Assembly (NCBI RefSeq): GCF_009914755.1
Contig: NC_060938.1
DNA: 64,000 nucleotides
Direction: 5' to 3' (one strand)
Source: the human T2T-CHM13v2.0 reference genome, Homo sapiens
A model generated the notes under the pieces. It saw only the letters and a list, made by a program, of their open reading frames with translations, was not told where the DNA came from and searched no databases. Below, piece after piece: positions 46,844 through 63,900 of the stretch (position 1 is the first letter of the stretch; the number at the start of each line of letters is the position of its first letter). A program made the position numbers and the translations under genes.

Positions 46844-47715
46844 CGAGTTAGCTTTTATTAACAAAACACAAATTTATATAGAAATGTTAATAAATTCATA
46901 AGATTTTTATCATTATTTATTCTCTCTTCAATAGATGTTGATAGTCCAGCTACTAATATATCAGTGTTTGCAAAAAAACAAAAACAAACTAAAAGAAATA
47001 AAAAGGAACGAATATCTAACTGACAATGTTGGGAACAATCAATCCAGTCAAATAATGAAGTTATCATATCCAGGCTACATCATTCTGGCACACCAGAACT
47101 ACCTTTAAATAATTTAACATTACGTTTTTGACTTGTATTGCGAGATGACTGTATGTACATTTTATCATCATTTGTGTAAAAATATGATCAAGTACACCAT
47201 TTCTTATGTTGATTCCCAATGTAAAAAATAATATGAAAAATTCTTTTCAATATTTGAATTAGGAAAAAGTTTTCTCTGTGGATTAATCAGCATCCTAACT
47301 TGTGTGTTGTGATTTATTACATATGACGATAGACGGCAAAAATTTCATCTTTTTGTTTCTAGTTGCTACCAGATTGCTTAGGGCTAAGTTTTATGACAAA
47401 CGACAGTGTTTTCTAGACTTTCTACATAATTACCCCCTACTGTTTTATTGCTGAGTTTTTACACTGTTTTCAATGATTTTATCCTATTTGTGCTTTTTAT
47501 GATCTGAAGACTTAAATTCTTCTTGGAAGGAGGCCTAGTGTGAATAATAAATGAGAAGGTTAGGGCACCAGGCACCTGAGGTACAGAGAGGACACTGTCA
47601 ACCGTTGGAGCAAAAACATTCAAAAGGGAAGGAAGGTGGAGGAGTAAAACACAGACTTACTTCCCAATTTTTCATAAAAATTTTTTTTTTCATTAGAAGG
47701 TTATGCTCTCTATAA

Positions 47716-48025
47716 GGCCAGGTGCGGTGGCTCACGCCTATAATCTCAGCACTTTGGGAGGCTCAGGTGGGCAGATCACTACAGGCCAGGAGTTTGAGAC
47801 CAGCCTGGCCAACACAGTGAAACCCTGTCTCTACTAAAAAGACAAAAAATTAGCTGGGCGTGCTGCTGCATGGCACATGTCTGTGGTCTCAGTACTTGGG
47901 AGGCTGAGGCATGAAAACTGCATGAACCTGGGAGGTGGAGGTTGCAGTGAGCCAACATCATGCCACTGCATGTCACTGAGCCTGGGTGACAGAGCAAGAC
48001 TCTGTCTCAAAAAAAATAAAAAATA
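47716..48025 (+). mobile_element. AluS
   Basis: Dimer; TSD remnant tatgctctcta. Confidence 0.94.
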
Positions 48026-48376
48026 TAAAGATATGCTCTCTAGGATTTTGCCTTCAAAGATGATAAGCCACAGGGCACATATTAATATTCTTATTATTTA
48101 TTTTTTGTAAGTTCCTTTCGTTTTTACTTTTTACAATTCTGAAAACAAAGTAGAAAAAAATTGCTAGATGTAAATTTGTAGAAAGCAAAATTTAATATGT
48201 AGTTAATAGTATCTACTATGTGCAAACATAATGCTAGACCAGTGGGGTCCTCTTCTCAGACAAATATTCTTAAACTCTTTCATTCAGAATTTGAAATCCA
48301 ACTCAAGAAAAGAAAAACAAGGAGGAGGGAAGTTTCCTAGATAAATGGTAAGAGTTAGTATAATGAAGTAAACATT

Positions 48377-48753
<377 letters not shown>

Positions 48754-49116
48754 TCAGAAAAAACACCCTATGTGTACCCTTCCTTAAAAACTTATTGAAA
48801 GACACATTCCTGTGAAGCAAGAGATAAATAAAGAGTAACGGTCTAAGTAAAGAGAAGGTGTGATATTTAAAAAATACTGTAGTTTATGCTGCCATGTAAA
48901 ACTATCAAAGTAAAAATAATTGTTATAAGCATATCAAAGTTGAATGCAAAAACATTAATTTGAATTGCATCAAAAATAAGATGAATTAATAAGTAGAAAG
49001 ATATACAGGTATATACTAAAGCAAATATAAAATGTTAATGGTAGAATCTAGGTGGTGAGTATATGGGTGTTCACTGTACGATTCTTTGAACTTTGCTGTG
49101 TGCTTGAAAAAGTTCA

Positions 49117-49485
<369 letters not shown>

Positions 49486-49649
49486 TCAAAAAAGAAATTA
49501 AAAGCATCTTCCACAAGAGGGAGTCCAAATCATTGAAACGATCTTTAACTTTATAGGTTCAAATATGTTTTTGGGGAACATTTTCTCTAGTCCTGGAGAA
49601 AATACAAGCAAAAGAAGCAGACACCATATTTTAAAAAATAAAGAAAAAT

Positions 49650-50023
<374 letters not shown>

Positions 50024-50359
50024 TTACTAATGTTCACCTAGTAGAGTCAATAGAAAAAAAAACAAGAAAATATTTAAAAAGACAGATCAGAGACTTGACT
50101 CTATATTCAACATGTATTATAAAACTAATAGACTAAGTATCAATAGGTAAAGTGAATAAAATAGAAAACAATTAAACAGACATATATCACACACACACAC
50201 ATATAGATAAGGACAACATGGTGCTGGTGAAATCACATATAGAGGAGAAAAAAAGGATAAACGTTAACTATTAGAAAAAAAATTAAGTTGGCACCAACAC
50301 TCATCCCATGCACTAAAATATCTAAAGGGTTAAAAACTTTTAAAAAAGGGAAAAAAATC

Positions 50360-51345
50360 ACAATCAACAGAGTAAAAAAGCAATCTATGGAATGAGAGAA
50401 AATATTTACAAATCAAATCTTTGATAAAGGATAATATCCAGAATATATAAAGAATTTCTGCAACAAAAATATAAATAACCCAATTAAAAAACAGGCAAAG
50501 GAGTTACAGACATTTCTCCAAAGAATATATACAAATGACCAAGAAGCATAATGAAAAGATGCTCAGCATCACTAATCGTCTGGGAAATGCAAATCAAAGC
50601 CACAACAAGATATCACCTCACACCCATTAAGATGGCTATCATAAAAAATAAAATAAAATAACGAATATTGGCAAGGATGTTAAAGTCATTGGAACCCCTG
50701 TACACTGTTGGTAGGAATGTAAAATGATGCAGCCAGGGCGGAAAATAGTACTGCGGTTCCTCAAAAACTAAAAACAGAATTACCATATGACCCAGCAATT
50801 CCACTTCTCAGTATGTACTCAAAATAATTGAAAGCAGAGTACCAGAGAGATATTTCCATACCCATGTTCACAACCGCATTATTCACAACAGCCAAGAGGT
50901 AGAAGTAACCCAAAAATTCATTAATGGATAAACAGATAAACAAAATAAGATATATACATACAATGGAATACTATTCGGCCTAAATTGGAAGGAAATTCTG
51001 ACACACACTACAATATAGATGAACCCTGAAGACATTATGCTAAGTGAAATAAGTCAGTCAGAAAAAGATAAATACTGTATGATTCCACCTGTATGAGGTA
51101 CATAGAGTAGCCAGACTCATATAAACAGAAAGTAGAGTGGTGGTTACCAGGGCCTGGGAGGAGGATGAAATGAAAAGCTGTTGTTTAATGAGTACAGAGT
51201 TTCAGTTTTGCAAGATGAAAATGTTCTGGAGATTAGTTGTACAACAATGTGAATATACTTAATACTTGTAAAACATACACTTAAAAATGGGTAAGATGGT
51301 AAATTTTACGTTATGTGTATGTTATCAAAATTTTTTTAAAAGAAA
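50360..51345 (+). mobile_element. L1MB-type 3' end
   Basis: ORF2 C-terminus plus 3'UTR 'gagtttcagttttgcaagatgaaaatgttctggaga'. Confidence 0.88.
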
Positions 51346-51658
51346 AAATATACAAAGCAAGACAAATTAAAATAGGAAAATATTGTAAATTAAAGCAAGA
51401 AAAAATACAGGTGAATATTAGGTGACAAAAATGATAGGGTTTTTTATAGCTAAAAGCAATAGAAGAAATCTTAAAATCAATAGATTAAAAAAATTTTAAA
51501 CTGTGATATACAAAATTATCATTAAACAAAGCTAAAGAGCAAATAACAGACTGAGGGAAAATAACTGAAACAAAATGACAAAAGCTTAATATCCTTAATA
51601 TACAAAGGTCTCACACCAATTCATTAGACAAACAGTAAAACTCCATTTTAAAAAGTGA

Positions 51659-52845
<1,187 letters not shown>

Positions 52846-53101
52846 CTAGATACACAGTTTTAGCCCAATTATGTTAAAACATACATAAATATGCAATCTG
52901 TAGGTACACAGAAAAAAGATGGAAGAAATTACATCAAAATTTAACACTATCTCTGAATAATTAGCTTACGATATTTTATTTTTCTTCAAACTTCTCCATA
53001 ATTTTGAAATTCTCTATAATTTAAAAAGATATTCTTAAAAAATAAAACTAGCAAGCAATGATATACTCTACTGTATAATTTAAAAGCTCAGCTCTGCTTA
53101 C

Positions 53102-53238
53102 CTGTTTTCATGGTTGGACTAAATAGTCCCAATACTGACACACTAGAATACAAGATGAGGTCTTTATATAATTCCCCACTTAAATATTCTTCTGCTTCTT
53201 GGATCGATGTTATATTCACTGGATATGAAATCCTGTTG
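53102..53238 (-). CDS. TXNDC16: TXNDC16 coding exon (137 nt, phase 2 to 1): (L)[45 protein letters not shown]
   Basis: ccag| acceptor, |gtaagc donor, open frame continuous with both neighbouring exons. Confidence 0.95.
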
Positions 53239-53576
53239 CTGGATAAACATATAACTATATTACAAATTAATTTTTTAAGATATTTTCAGTTTGTAAAAAA
53301 AAAGCATACTAAACATAGCAAACAATATATTACATAGGATAATATCTTACAAAATATAGAAAATTAAATATTATTCTTAAAGAAAATCAGACTCATTAAA
53401 CAAAATTGCTATCTCCCGAAAAGTGTTGAAATGTACACAGACTTTCATAAATATTCATTTTGTGATCTCAATTCTAGTATCTTCCTTAACCTATTTTAAG
53501 TGTTAGCAAAGTCTGAGAATTAGAACTTCTAAAGACCTAAACATTCAGAGATCTTATAATGAAGCTGAATACTTAC

Positions 53577-53745
53577 AGCTGGATAAATTTTAGGAGATCT
53601 TCGGTTCCTAACATTCCAGCATAAGATACTGGGTTCTCGCCTTTCTTGTACATCTTTATGATAGGAAATTCAGTAACATTTTGCTTAGTACATACATCAG
53701 ACCAATCTGCACAGTTTATTCTAGTAAGAAGCATAGTAGATGTGC
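53577..53745 (-). CDS. TXNDC16: TXNDC16 internal coding exon (169 nt, phase 1 to 2): (G)[55 protein letters not shown](L), thioredoxin-fold segment
   Basis: Acceptor tttag| and donor |gtaagt on the minus strand. The translation has the PDI-like 'INC....VC....V..FP.I..Y' pattern and matches the TXNDC16 protein as I recall it. Its phase joins the next exon. Confidence 0.95.
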
Positions 53746-53814
53746 CTAAATAAAAGGAAAATGCACATTTGTAATTACTAATTGTAGAAAATGCATTTGC
53801 TTAGGATCTTCAGT

Positions 53815-54775
53815 ATTTTTCTATCCCATTCTTATTTTAACCTCTCAGCATGAAACACTCCTGCTTAAACACTCTCTTCCCTTGATCTTTGCAACACCAT
53901 TCCCTGTTGGCCTTTTCCCTTCCTTTCTAGCTTCTCCTTTTTGTTCCCTTTTGCAGGCTCTTCAGCCAGTAGAGTTGGAGGTCCCTCAAGGCTCAGCTTA
54001 AGCTGCCTTCTCTTGTTTTTCTTCACTCCTGTCCTACACAACCTCAATAACCATAGACAATCTAATGAATCCTAAATTTATGTCTTTGGCCCAAACTCCT
54101 TGAAGTTCCAGACCCATATATCCTTACTACCTTCTCTGTTTTCCTTTGAACGGAAACCTCCTCAAACTCAACAAGTCTAAAACCATATATGGTTTCTTTT
54201 CTGTTTGTTGGTGAACGTTGCTGCTCTTGTGCAACTCAAAAAACAAAGCATCATCTTTCATACCTCTCCATTCCCAAGGCCCTTCATGCCTATTGATTAA
54301 TCAGCATGTTCTTTCAATTTTACCACCTGAATTTTTAATATATCTAATTACTGTCCATTTCTCTTTACTGCCACTACTCAAGTTGTCGTTCCTCCTGGAT
54401 AACTACAATAGGCTTCTAATTCGCCTCTTTGAATTCAGTGTGTCTACACTAATGCTAGAGATATCTTTTCAAAACTCAAATATTTTGGTACCAGCTTACC
54501 CCCACCAACCTTTTGCAGAATTAAATCTTTCTTACCGTGTACAACTTCAAGGACTAGCCTTCTCTGACACAGTGATCTACATCAGGTTCCCTTGACATAT
54601 GCTATTATAGAACCATGCTCTTTTCCTTATCTCCTTATGTAATTATATACTATTCATTATCTGATCAACGTCTGTCTCTACCAAGACAACTCCTTGAGAG
54701 CAGGGACTATGTCTGTTTATTTATCATTGATTTTCCAGCACCTGCAGTACCTTAAATATGCATGTGAATAAATGA
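53815..54775 (+). mobile_element. L2 fragment
   Basis: Pyrimidine-rich L2 body; 'aactccttgagagcagggactatgtctg' near the 3' end. Confidence 0.75.
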
Positions 54776-55247
54776 CACATGTGAAACTCATCCAGGACTT
54801 CAGATACCTATCCTGTCTAAACATTATAATTTCTTTTCAGCCTAAGAAAACACACAGTAGAATCTCAAGCAGAAATTCCTACTTGCTCTATAATAAAACG
54901 TGTAAAGTTCTCTAAAATATTATAAATCACTGTGTGGAAAGAGATCAAACACTAAATAAAATAAGCACCATACAACTCGAAAGAATAAATTCTAATAAAA
55001 GATAAAATTTAGTATCATACTAGATCAAAGAAGGAATCTTTGTGTATCAATTTAGGATATAGCCTAAATGTTACTTCATCATATGATTAAAATTGTGAAT
55101 GTGATATTTTAATATTTTATCACCAAATGTTTTTAATACTGAAATTAATTTGTATATTTTCAAAGATTCTTGATTACTTCTCATAGATGTAATAACTTAT
55201 CACTTTAGATTTAGTGTTAACAATCTGATAATATAGGCAAGATTTAG

Positions 55248-55560
<313 letters not shown>

Positions 55561-55808
55561 TTAAGTCTGTCTTATCACCACTATATCCCACTGCCTTGCA
55601 CAATGTCTGTTACACAGTATGTACCCAGTAAAAATGTGTAGAATGTACACTGATATTTCTTCACAAATTTTAAATTCTTACATTAAAGGATATTAATACT
55701 TGAATTTTGTATGAGCATATAAACAAATATAAACCCTTATTTCTTCCCAAATCAGACCTGCTAAGTGACTTCCTATCAAAGTTCTCTTATCCTTTATTTT
55801 AATCATTT

Positions 55809-56383
55809 TGATATAGGAGTGAAGAAGAAATCACTTAGGCAGATAGCAAGGGTATGGGGAGTCCTCGGTAAGGTTTTTCTTTTTAGTGAAAAGCAGCCCC
55901 AAATCTTTTTCTAACAAAGAGCAGCCTGCAAGCTGCAAGGGTGCACGTACCGGCAGGAACTAAGGACTAGACGTTTCCAAGATGGCCGCTCTGTCTTCCC
56001 TTCTCTGCCAGCCATGTGTGCTGTAAGGAGCAGACAAGATGGCCCCAGACAACTGGAAAGACCATTTGTATAAGAAGATTAAGGTGGGGCGACCAGACTT
56101 CCCTATGCCACTATGTAAATATCATACCTGACTGAAGCAATCTATGAGCCCTATGTAAATCAGACACCACCTTCTCAAACTAGACTATAAAACTCGACAC
56201 ATTCGCTGCCAGCCAGTCCTTTCCACTTGGAGATGCCTTCCTCTATAGAGGAAGCTGTTTCTCTTTCTCTCCTCTCTATTGAACCTCTGCTCCTAAACAA
56301 CTTGTGTGTGTCCGTGTTCTAAATTTTCCTGGTGCGCGACAACGAACCCCAGGGTATATACCCCAGACAACGCTGCTGCTTTG
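55809..56383 (+). mobile_element. ERV1 solo LTR (MER61/MER83-like)
   Basis: Starts tgatataggagtgaagaagaaatcacttaggc; TATAAAA at ~56187; 4-bp TSD attt. Confidence 0.75.
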
Positions 56384-56835
56384 ATTTCATCAATAAACAT
56401 CTGGTGATGCTTGTTTATACAAAGTGCCACGTTACATATTTTGCCACCCAAGTATGGAATATAGTGCTCTTCCAGCTGCAGTTCTTTCCTTTCAATAAGC
56501 ATCCTCAGCATGTCTACTACTGCTAAAACTGTGATTATTCCTTTTTCCCTACAGTTGAAATGGAAAACTTTGATGTTATCTTTAAAACCAGAAAAGTAAT
56601 ACTGATATATATCACTAAAAGTTATATAACTACTTATACTGAAGTTATCAATTCCTGTAAAATGGTTCCAATATTTACTCATGTTTCAGTTGGAATAGTC
56701 TAGTATTCTAAGGTGCCTACAGTATTACATCCCATATACTTTATCAATGCAGTAATTTCAAATAGGTTCCTAACTTAAAAGAAAAAACAGATTATCTTAG
56801 ATACAGGTATTATGTAAGTATAAAATTTTGACATT

Positions 56836-56852
56836 TGCTGCCACCTTGTGAC
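56836..56852 (-). promoter_or_regulatory. Candidate CTCF motif
   Basis: Minus strand GTCACAAGGTGGCAGCA versus core CCACNAGGTGGCAG; one mismatch. Confidence 0.4.
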
Positions 56853-57528
56853 AGAGTAAAAAACATTCTTCATTGTCTTCGACTAAGAGATAACAAATGG
56901 CTTTTTCCCACAAAGTCAGATCTGTCAGAAAGACAGATGATAGGACTAAATGCCCAAGGTATTATAATATTTTCCTAACTTATAAAGTTATAGTATAGGC
57001 TTCAACATAGACACAAAACATTGTAATTACCTATGCAATGCATTTCTACATTAAGTTCCCTGAACTTCCAAAATAGTCCATTTATCTGATATCTGATTAC
57101 CAAAAAAAATTGTTATTCATAAAGAACATAGTGAATGAAAAGGAAAACAAGTCCTGGGTTGCTTAACTACTTTTTTGTTCTACAAACACATACAACTCTG
57201 AGCCCTTGCATTGAGGGGGCAGGTAGTCTCTTCATTTGGTCATTAATAGAAAAGAATGCAAGGAAATATTTTTCCATTTTCATCTGGTGTCTAATTAAAT
57301 GGGGTGGAGAGAGGGATAATTAATCATATTCTTGAGGAACATTATCCAATCACTACTTCATTATGATTTATATTTTCTCCTCCTTTGCTTTTCTTCTAAT
57401 TATTTGCCAATAAGGCTAGAGAATCTAAAAGAAGAAAACTTAAATTTGTCCATAGATTGCAACTTGCCTTGCATAAAGGAAAATGTGAAAGCAAGTAAGA
57501 GGATCTGCTTTTTAAAAAAATGATTAGA

Positions 57529-57813
<285 letters not shown>

Positions 57814-57907
57814 TTACAGATCACAGTGTCTACAGACTTCATTATCCCCTCACTCAGTAATAATCAAAAGTTAGATCAAATGTGGTTGGGAAATAAAAGG
57901 AACGGGG

Positions 57908-60900
57908 ACAGACAGAACAGCGTGTGGAGGCTCGCCTCATGAACTTTTGCTCCAAAACTGCAGCAATACATTAGGAAAGCCAAAAGAACCCACAGACCCT
58001 CTGAAGGAAGTGATTGCACCTGCAGGACCTGGGAGACACCCCAAATACTGTGAGTGCTCAAACTGTGGAAGTGGGAAAGGCAGATCGTCCACCCCTGAAC
58101 ACACACCCCACCACCGGGGAACCTAAAGGTCTAGATTACGGGAGAAGATTCTGACCTTATCTGGAGCTTAGTCAATTTAGAGAGCTGAGCGAAAGCGAAA
58201 TACACGGGTAAAGGAAGCAGCAGGAAAATCCCTGTGGACTAGCTGGGTCCCCTACCAAGCCATTTGTGCCTCACCTCACAAGGGGTCCTTGAGGAGGGCT
58301 ACCAGAGGCACTCAGAGAAGGCCACAGAGAAAAGGAAACCTCCCCCTGAAATTTGTAACAATTTGAACCAATCGAAGAGTCTCCTGGCCAGAACTCGGGG
58401 GAGGGCATGAATCCAGCGTGCAGACTCCACAGGCTGGGGAAGAAAGAAAGCCCTACTTATTTTTGCAGCTGGGAGGCAGGTAGCCTGGGGCAGGTTCTCA
58501 GCCCTGGTCACCCACTGCCTGGAAACAGACTTGGTGCTGTTGAGTGGGGGCACAGTGGAAGTGAGACTGGCCCTTTGGGTTGTGTGGGAGCTGGGTGAGG
58601 CCTGTGACTGCCGGCTTTCCTCCACTTCCCTGACAACCTGCATGACACAGCAAAGACAGCCATAATCCTCTTAGGAACATAACTCCATTGACCTGGGACC
58701 CTCACCCTCATCCCCCACAGCAGACGCAGCAAGACCTGCCCAAGTAGAATCTGAGCTCAGACACGCCTAGCCCTGCCCCCATCTAATGGTCCTTCACTAC
58801 CCACCCTGGTAACTGAAGACAAAGGGCATATACTCTTGGGAGTTATAGGGTCCTGCCTACTGCCTGTTCCTCCCGATACCAATGCACTTTCAAGCCAATG
58901 CTCTCTTGAAAGTGCCATCTCCCAGCAGGAGGTAAACCAGCACAAAAATAGTGCATTAATCAACCAAAGCTAAGGACCCTCACAGAGTCCATTTAGCCCT
59001 TCTGCCACCTCCACTAGAACAGGTGCCAGTATCCATGGCTGAGAGACCCACAGATGGTTGACACCACAGGACTCTGTGTAGACAACCCCAAGTACCAGCC
59101 TGGAGCCTGGTAGACTTGCTGGGTGGCTAGATCCAGAAGGGGGATAACAATCACTACAGCTCGGCTCTCAGGAAGCCACATCCCTAGGAAAAGGGAAAGA
59201 GTACTACATCAAGGGAACACTCTGTGGGACAAAAGGAACTGAACAACAGCCTTGAGCCCTAGACCTTCCCTCTGACAGAGCCTACCCACATGAGAAGGAA
59301 CCAGAAAACCAACTCTGGTAATATGACAAAGCAAGATTCTTTAACTCACCCCCGCAAAAAAATCACACTAGCTCTCCAGCAATGGATCCAAACCAAGAAG
59401 AAATCCCTGATCTACCTGAAAAAGAATTCAGAAGGTTAGTTATTAAGCTAATCAGGGAGGTGCCAGAGAAAGGCAAAGCCCAATGTAAGGAAACTGAAAA
59501 AAAATTATGCAAGAAGTAAAGGGAGAAATATTCAATGAAATAGATAGCATAAATAAAAATCAATCAAACCCTCAGGAAACAATAGACGCACTTATAGAAA
59601 TGCAAAATGCTCTGGAAAGTCTCAGCAATAGAATCAAACAAGCAGAAGAAAGAATTTCAGAGCTTGAAGACAAGGTCTTCGAATTAACCCAATGCAACAA
59701 AGACAAAGAAAAAAATAAGAAAATATGAACAAAGCCTCCAAGAATTTGGGATTATGTTAAACAACCAAACCTGAATAATCAGTGTTCTTAAGAAGAGAAA
59801 TCTATTTGGAAAATATATTTGGGGGAATAACCAAGGAAAACTTCCCCAGTCTTGCTAGAGAACTAGGCATCCAAGTACAAGAAGCCCAGAGAAACCTGGG
59901 AAATTAATCACAAGAAGATCAATGCCTAGGCACATTGTCATCAGGTTACCTAAAGTTAAGACAAAGGAAAGAATCTTAAGAGCTGTGAGGCAAAAACACC
60001 AGGTAACATATAAAGGAAAACCTATCAGACTAACAGCAGATTTCTCAGCAGAAACTCTACAAGCTAGAAAGGATTGGGGCCCTATCTTCAGCCTCTTCAA
60101 ACAAAACAATTATCAGCCAAGAATTTTGTACCCAGCAAAACTAAGCTTCCTAAGTGGAGGAAAGATACAGTATTTTTCAGACAAACAAATGCTGAGAGAA
60201 TTCGCCACTACCAAGCCAGCGCTACAAGAACTGCTAAAAGGAGCTCTAGATCTTGAAACAAATCCTGGAAACACATCAAAAAAGAACCTCTTTAAAGCAT
60301 AAATCTCACAGGACCGACAAAACAGATACAATTTTTTTAAAATGGTATACAGGCAACAAATAGCATGATGAATGGAATGGTATCTCACATCTCAATACTA
60401 ACATTGAATGTAAATGGCCTAAATGCTCCACTTAAGACACAGAATTGCAAAATGGATAAGAATTCACCAACCAACTATCTGCTACCTTCAAGAGACACAC
60501 CTAACACATAAAGACTCACATAAACTTAAGGTAAAGGGGTGGAAAAAGACATTCCATGCAAATGGACACCAAAAGCGAGCAGGGGTAGCTATTCTTGTAT
60601 CAGACAAAACAAACTTTAAAGCAACAGCAGTTATAAAAAAGACAAAGGGCGTCATTATATAATGATAAAAGGCCTTGTCCAACAGGAAAATATCACAATC
60701 CTAAATATATATGCACCTAACATTGGAGCGCCTAAATTTATAAAACAATTACTAATAGACCTATGAAATGAGATAGACAGCAACATCATAATAGTGGGAG
60801 ACTTCAATACTCCACTGACAGCACTAGACAGGTCATCAAGACAGAAGGTCAACAAAGAAACAATGGCTTTAAACTATACCCTGGTACAAATGGACTTAAC

Positions 60901-63900
60901 AGGTATTTACAGAACATTCTACCCAACAACCACAGAATATACATTCTATTCAACAGCACATGGAACTTTCTCCAAGATAGACCATATGATAGAGGCCACA
61001 AAATGAGCCTCAATAAATTCAAGAAAATTGAAATTATATCAAGTACTTTCTCAGACCACAGTGGAATAAAACTGGAAATCAACTTCAAAAGGAACCTTCA
61101 AAACCATGCAAATACATGGAAATTAAATAACTTGCTCCTGAATGATCGTTGGGTCAAAAATGAAATCATGATGGAAATTTAAAAATTCTCCAAACTGAAT
61201 GACAATAGTGACACAACCTATCAAAACCTCTGGGATATAGCAAAGGCAGTGCTAAGAGGAAAGTTCATAGCCCTAACTGCTTACATCAAAGTCTGAAAGA
61301 GCACAAACAGACAATCTAAGGTCACACCTCTAGGAACTAGAGAAACAAGAACAAACCAAATCCGAACCCAGCAGAAGAAAGGAAGTAACCAAGATCAGGG
61401 CAGAACTAAATGAAATTGAAACAACAAAAAATACAAAAGATAAATGAAACAAAAAGCTGGTTCTTTGCAAAGAAAAATAAAACTGATAGACCATTAGCAA
61501 GATTAACCAAGAAAAGAAAAGAGGAAATCCAAATAAGCTCTATTAGAAACGAAATGGGAGATATCACACTGACACCACAGAAATACAAAAGATCATTCAG
61601 AACACCTTTGTGCACATAAACTGGAAAACCTAGAGGAGATGGATAAATTCCTGGAAAGATACAACCTTCTTAGCTTAAATCAGAAAGAATTAGCTACTCT
61701 GAACAGTGCAATAACAACCAGTGAGATTGAAATGGTAATAAAATTACCAACAAAAAAAAAGTCCAGGACCAGACAGATTCACAGCAGAATCCTACCAGAC
61801 ATTCAAAGAAGAATTGGTACCAATCCTATTGACACTATTCCACAAGATAGAGAAAAAGGGAACCCTCGCTAAATCATCCTATGACACCAGTATCACCCTA
61901 ATACCAAAACCAGGAAAAGACATAACCAAAAAAGAAAACTACAGACCAATATCCCTGATGAACATAGATGCTATAATCCTCAACAAAACACTAGCTAACT
62001 GAATCCAACAACATATCAAAAAGATAATCCACCATGATCAAGTGGGTTTCATACCAGGGATGCAGGGATGATTAAAATACACAAGTCAATAAATGCGATA
62101 CACCACATAAACGGAATCAAAAACAAAAATCACATGATCATCTCAATAGATGCAGAAAAAGCATTCGATAAAATCCAGCATTCCTTTATGATTAAAACTC
62201 TCAGCAAAACTGGCATACAAGAAACATACCTCAAAGTAATAAAAGCCATCTATGACAAACCCACAGCCAACATAATACTGCATGGGGAAAAGTTGAAAGT
62301 ATTCCTTCTGAGAACTGGAACGAGACAAGGATGCCCACTCTCACCATTCCTCTTCAACACAGTACTGAAAGTCCTAGCCAGAGCAATCAGACAAGAGAAA
62401 GAAATAAAGGCATCCAAACTGGTAAAGAGGAAGTCAAACTGTTGCTGTTTGCTGGTGATATGATTGTTTATCTAGAAAACCCTAAAGACTCATCCAGAAA
62501 GTTCCTAGAAATGATAAAACAATTCAGCAAAGTACCCAGATACAGAATCAATGTACACAAATCAATAGCTCTTCTATACACCAACAGCGACCAAGCTGAG
62601 AATCAAGTCTAGAATTCAACCCCTTTTACAATAGCTGCAAAAAAAAAAAATAATAAAAATACTTAGGAATATACCTAACCAAGGAGGTGAAAGACTTCTA
62701 CAGGGAAAACTACAAAACACTGCTGAAAGAAATCGTGGATGACACAAACAAATGGAAACACATCTCATGTTCATGGATGGGTAGAATCAGTATTGTGAAA
62801 ATGACCATACTGCCAAAAGCCATCTACAAATTCAACACAATTCCCATCAAAATACCACCATCATTCTTCACAGAACTAGAAAAAACAATCCTAAAATTCA
62901 CATGGAACCAAAAAAGAGCCCACATACCCAAAGTAAGACTGAGCAAAAAGAACACATCTGGAGGCATCACATTACCTATTTGAAACTATAAGGCCAGAGT
63001 CACCAAAACAGTGTGGTACTGGCATAAAAATTGGCACATAGACCAATGGAACAGAATAGAGAACTCAGAAATAAACCCTAATACTTACAGCCAACTGATC
63101 TTCAACAAAGCAAACAAAAATATAAAGTGGGGAAAGACCTATTCAACAAATGGTGCTGAGATAATTGGCAAGCCACATGTAGGAGAATGAAACTGGATCC
63201 TCATCTCTCACCTTATACAAAATCAACTCAAGATGGAGCAAAGACTTAAATCTAAGACCTGAAACTATAAAAATTCTATAATAAAAAGAAGACAACATTG
63301 GAAAAACGCTTCTAGACATTGGCTTAGGCAAGAATTTCATGACCAAGGACCCAAAAGCAAACACAATAAAAACAAAGATAAATAGCTGAGACTTAATTAA
63401 ACTAAAGAGCTTTTGCACAGCAAAAGGAACAGTCCAGCAGAGTAAACAGACAACTCACAGAATGGGAGAAAATCTTCACAATCTATACGTCTGGCAAAAA
63501 ACTAATATCCAGAATCTACAATGAACTCAAACAAATCAGCAAGAAAAAAACAAACAATCCCATCAAAAAGTGGGCTAAGGACATGAATAGAGACAATTAC
63601 AAAAGAAGATATACAAATGGCTAATAAACATGAAAAAATGCTCAACAACACCAATGATCAGGGAAATGCAATTCAAAAACACAATGAGATATCACCTTAC
63701 TCCTGCAAGAATGGCCATAATCAAAAAAATAAAAAAATAATAGATGTTGGCGTGGATGTGGTGAACAGGGAACTCTTCTACTCTGCTGGTGGGAATGTAA
63801 ACTAGTACAACCACTGTGGAAAACAGTGTGGAGATTCCTTAAAGAACTAAAAGGAACTTGATCCAGCAATCCCACTACTGGTTACCCAAAGGAAAATAAG

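Noticed and set aside
56293-56682. 129-aa minus-strand ORF inside the TXNDC16 intron
   Set aside because: No match to the TXNDC16 protein as I recall it, no recognisable domain, and it ends inside an LTR; probably a chance ORF
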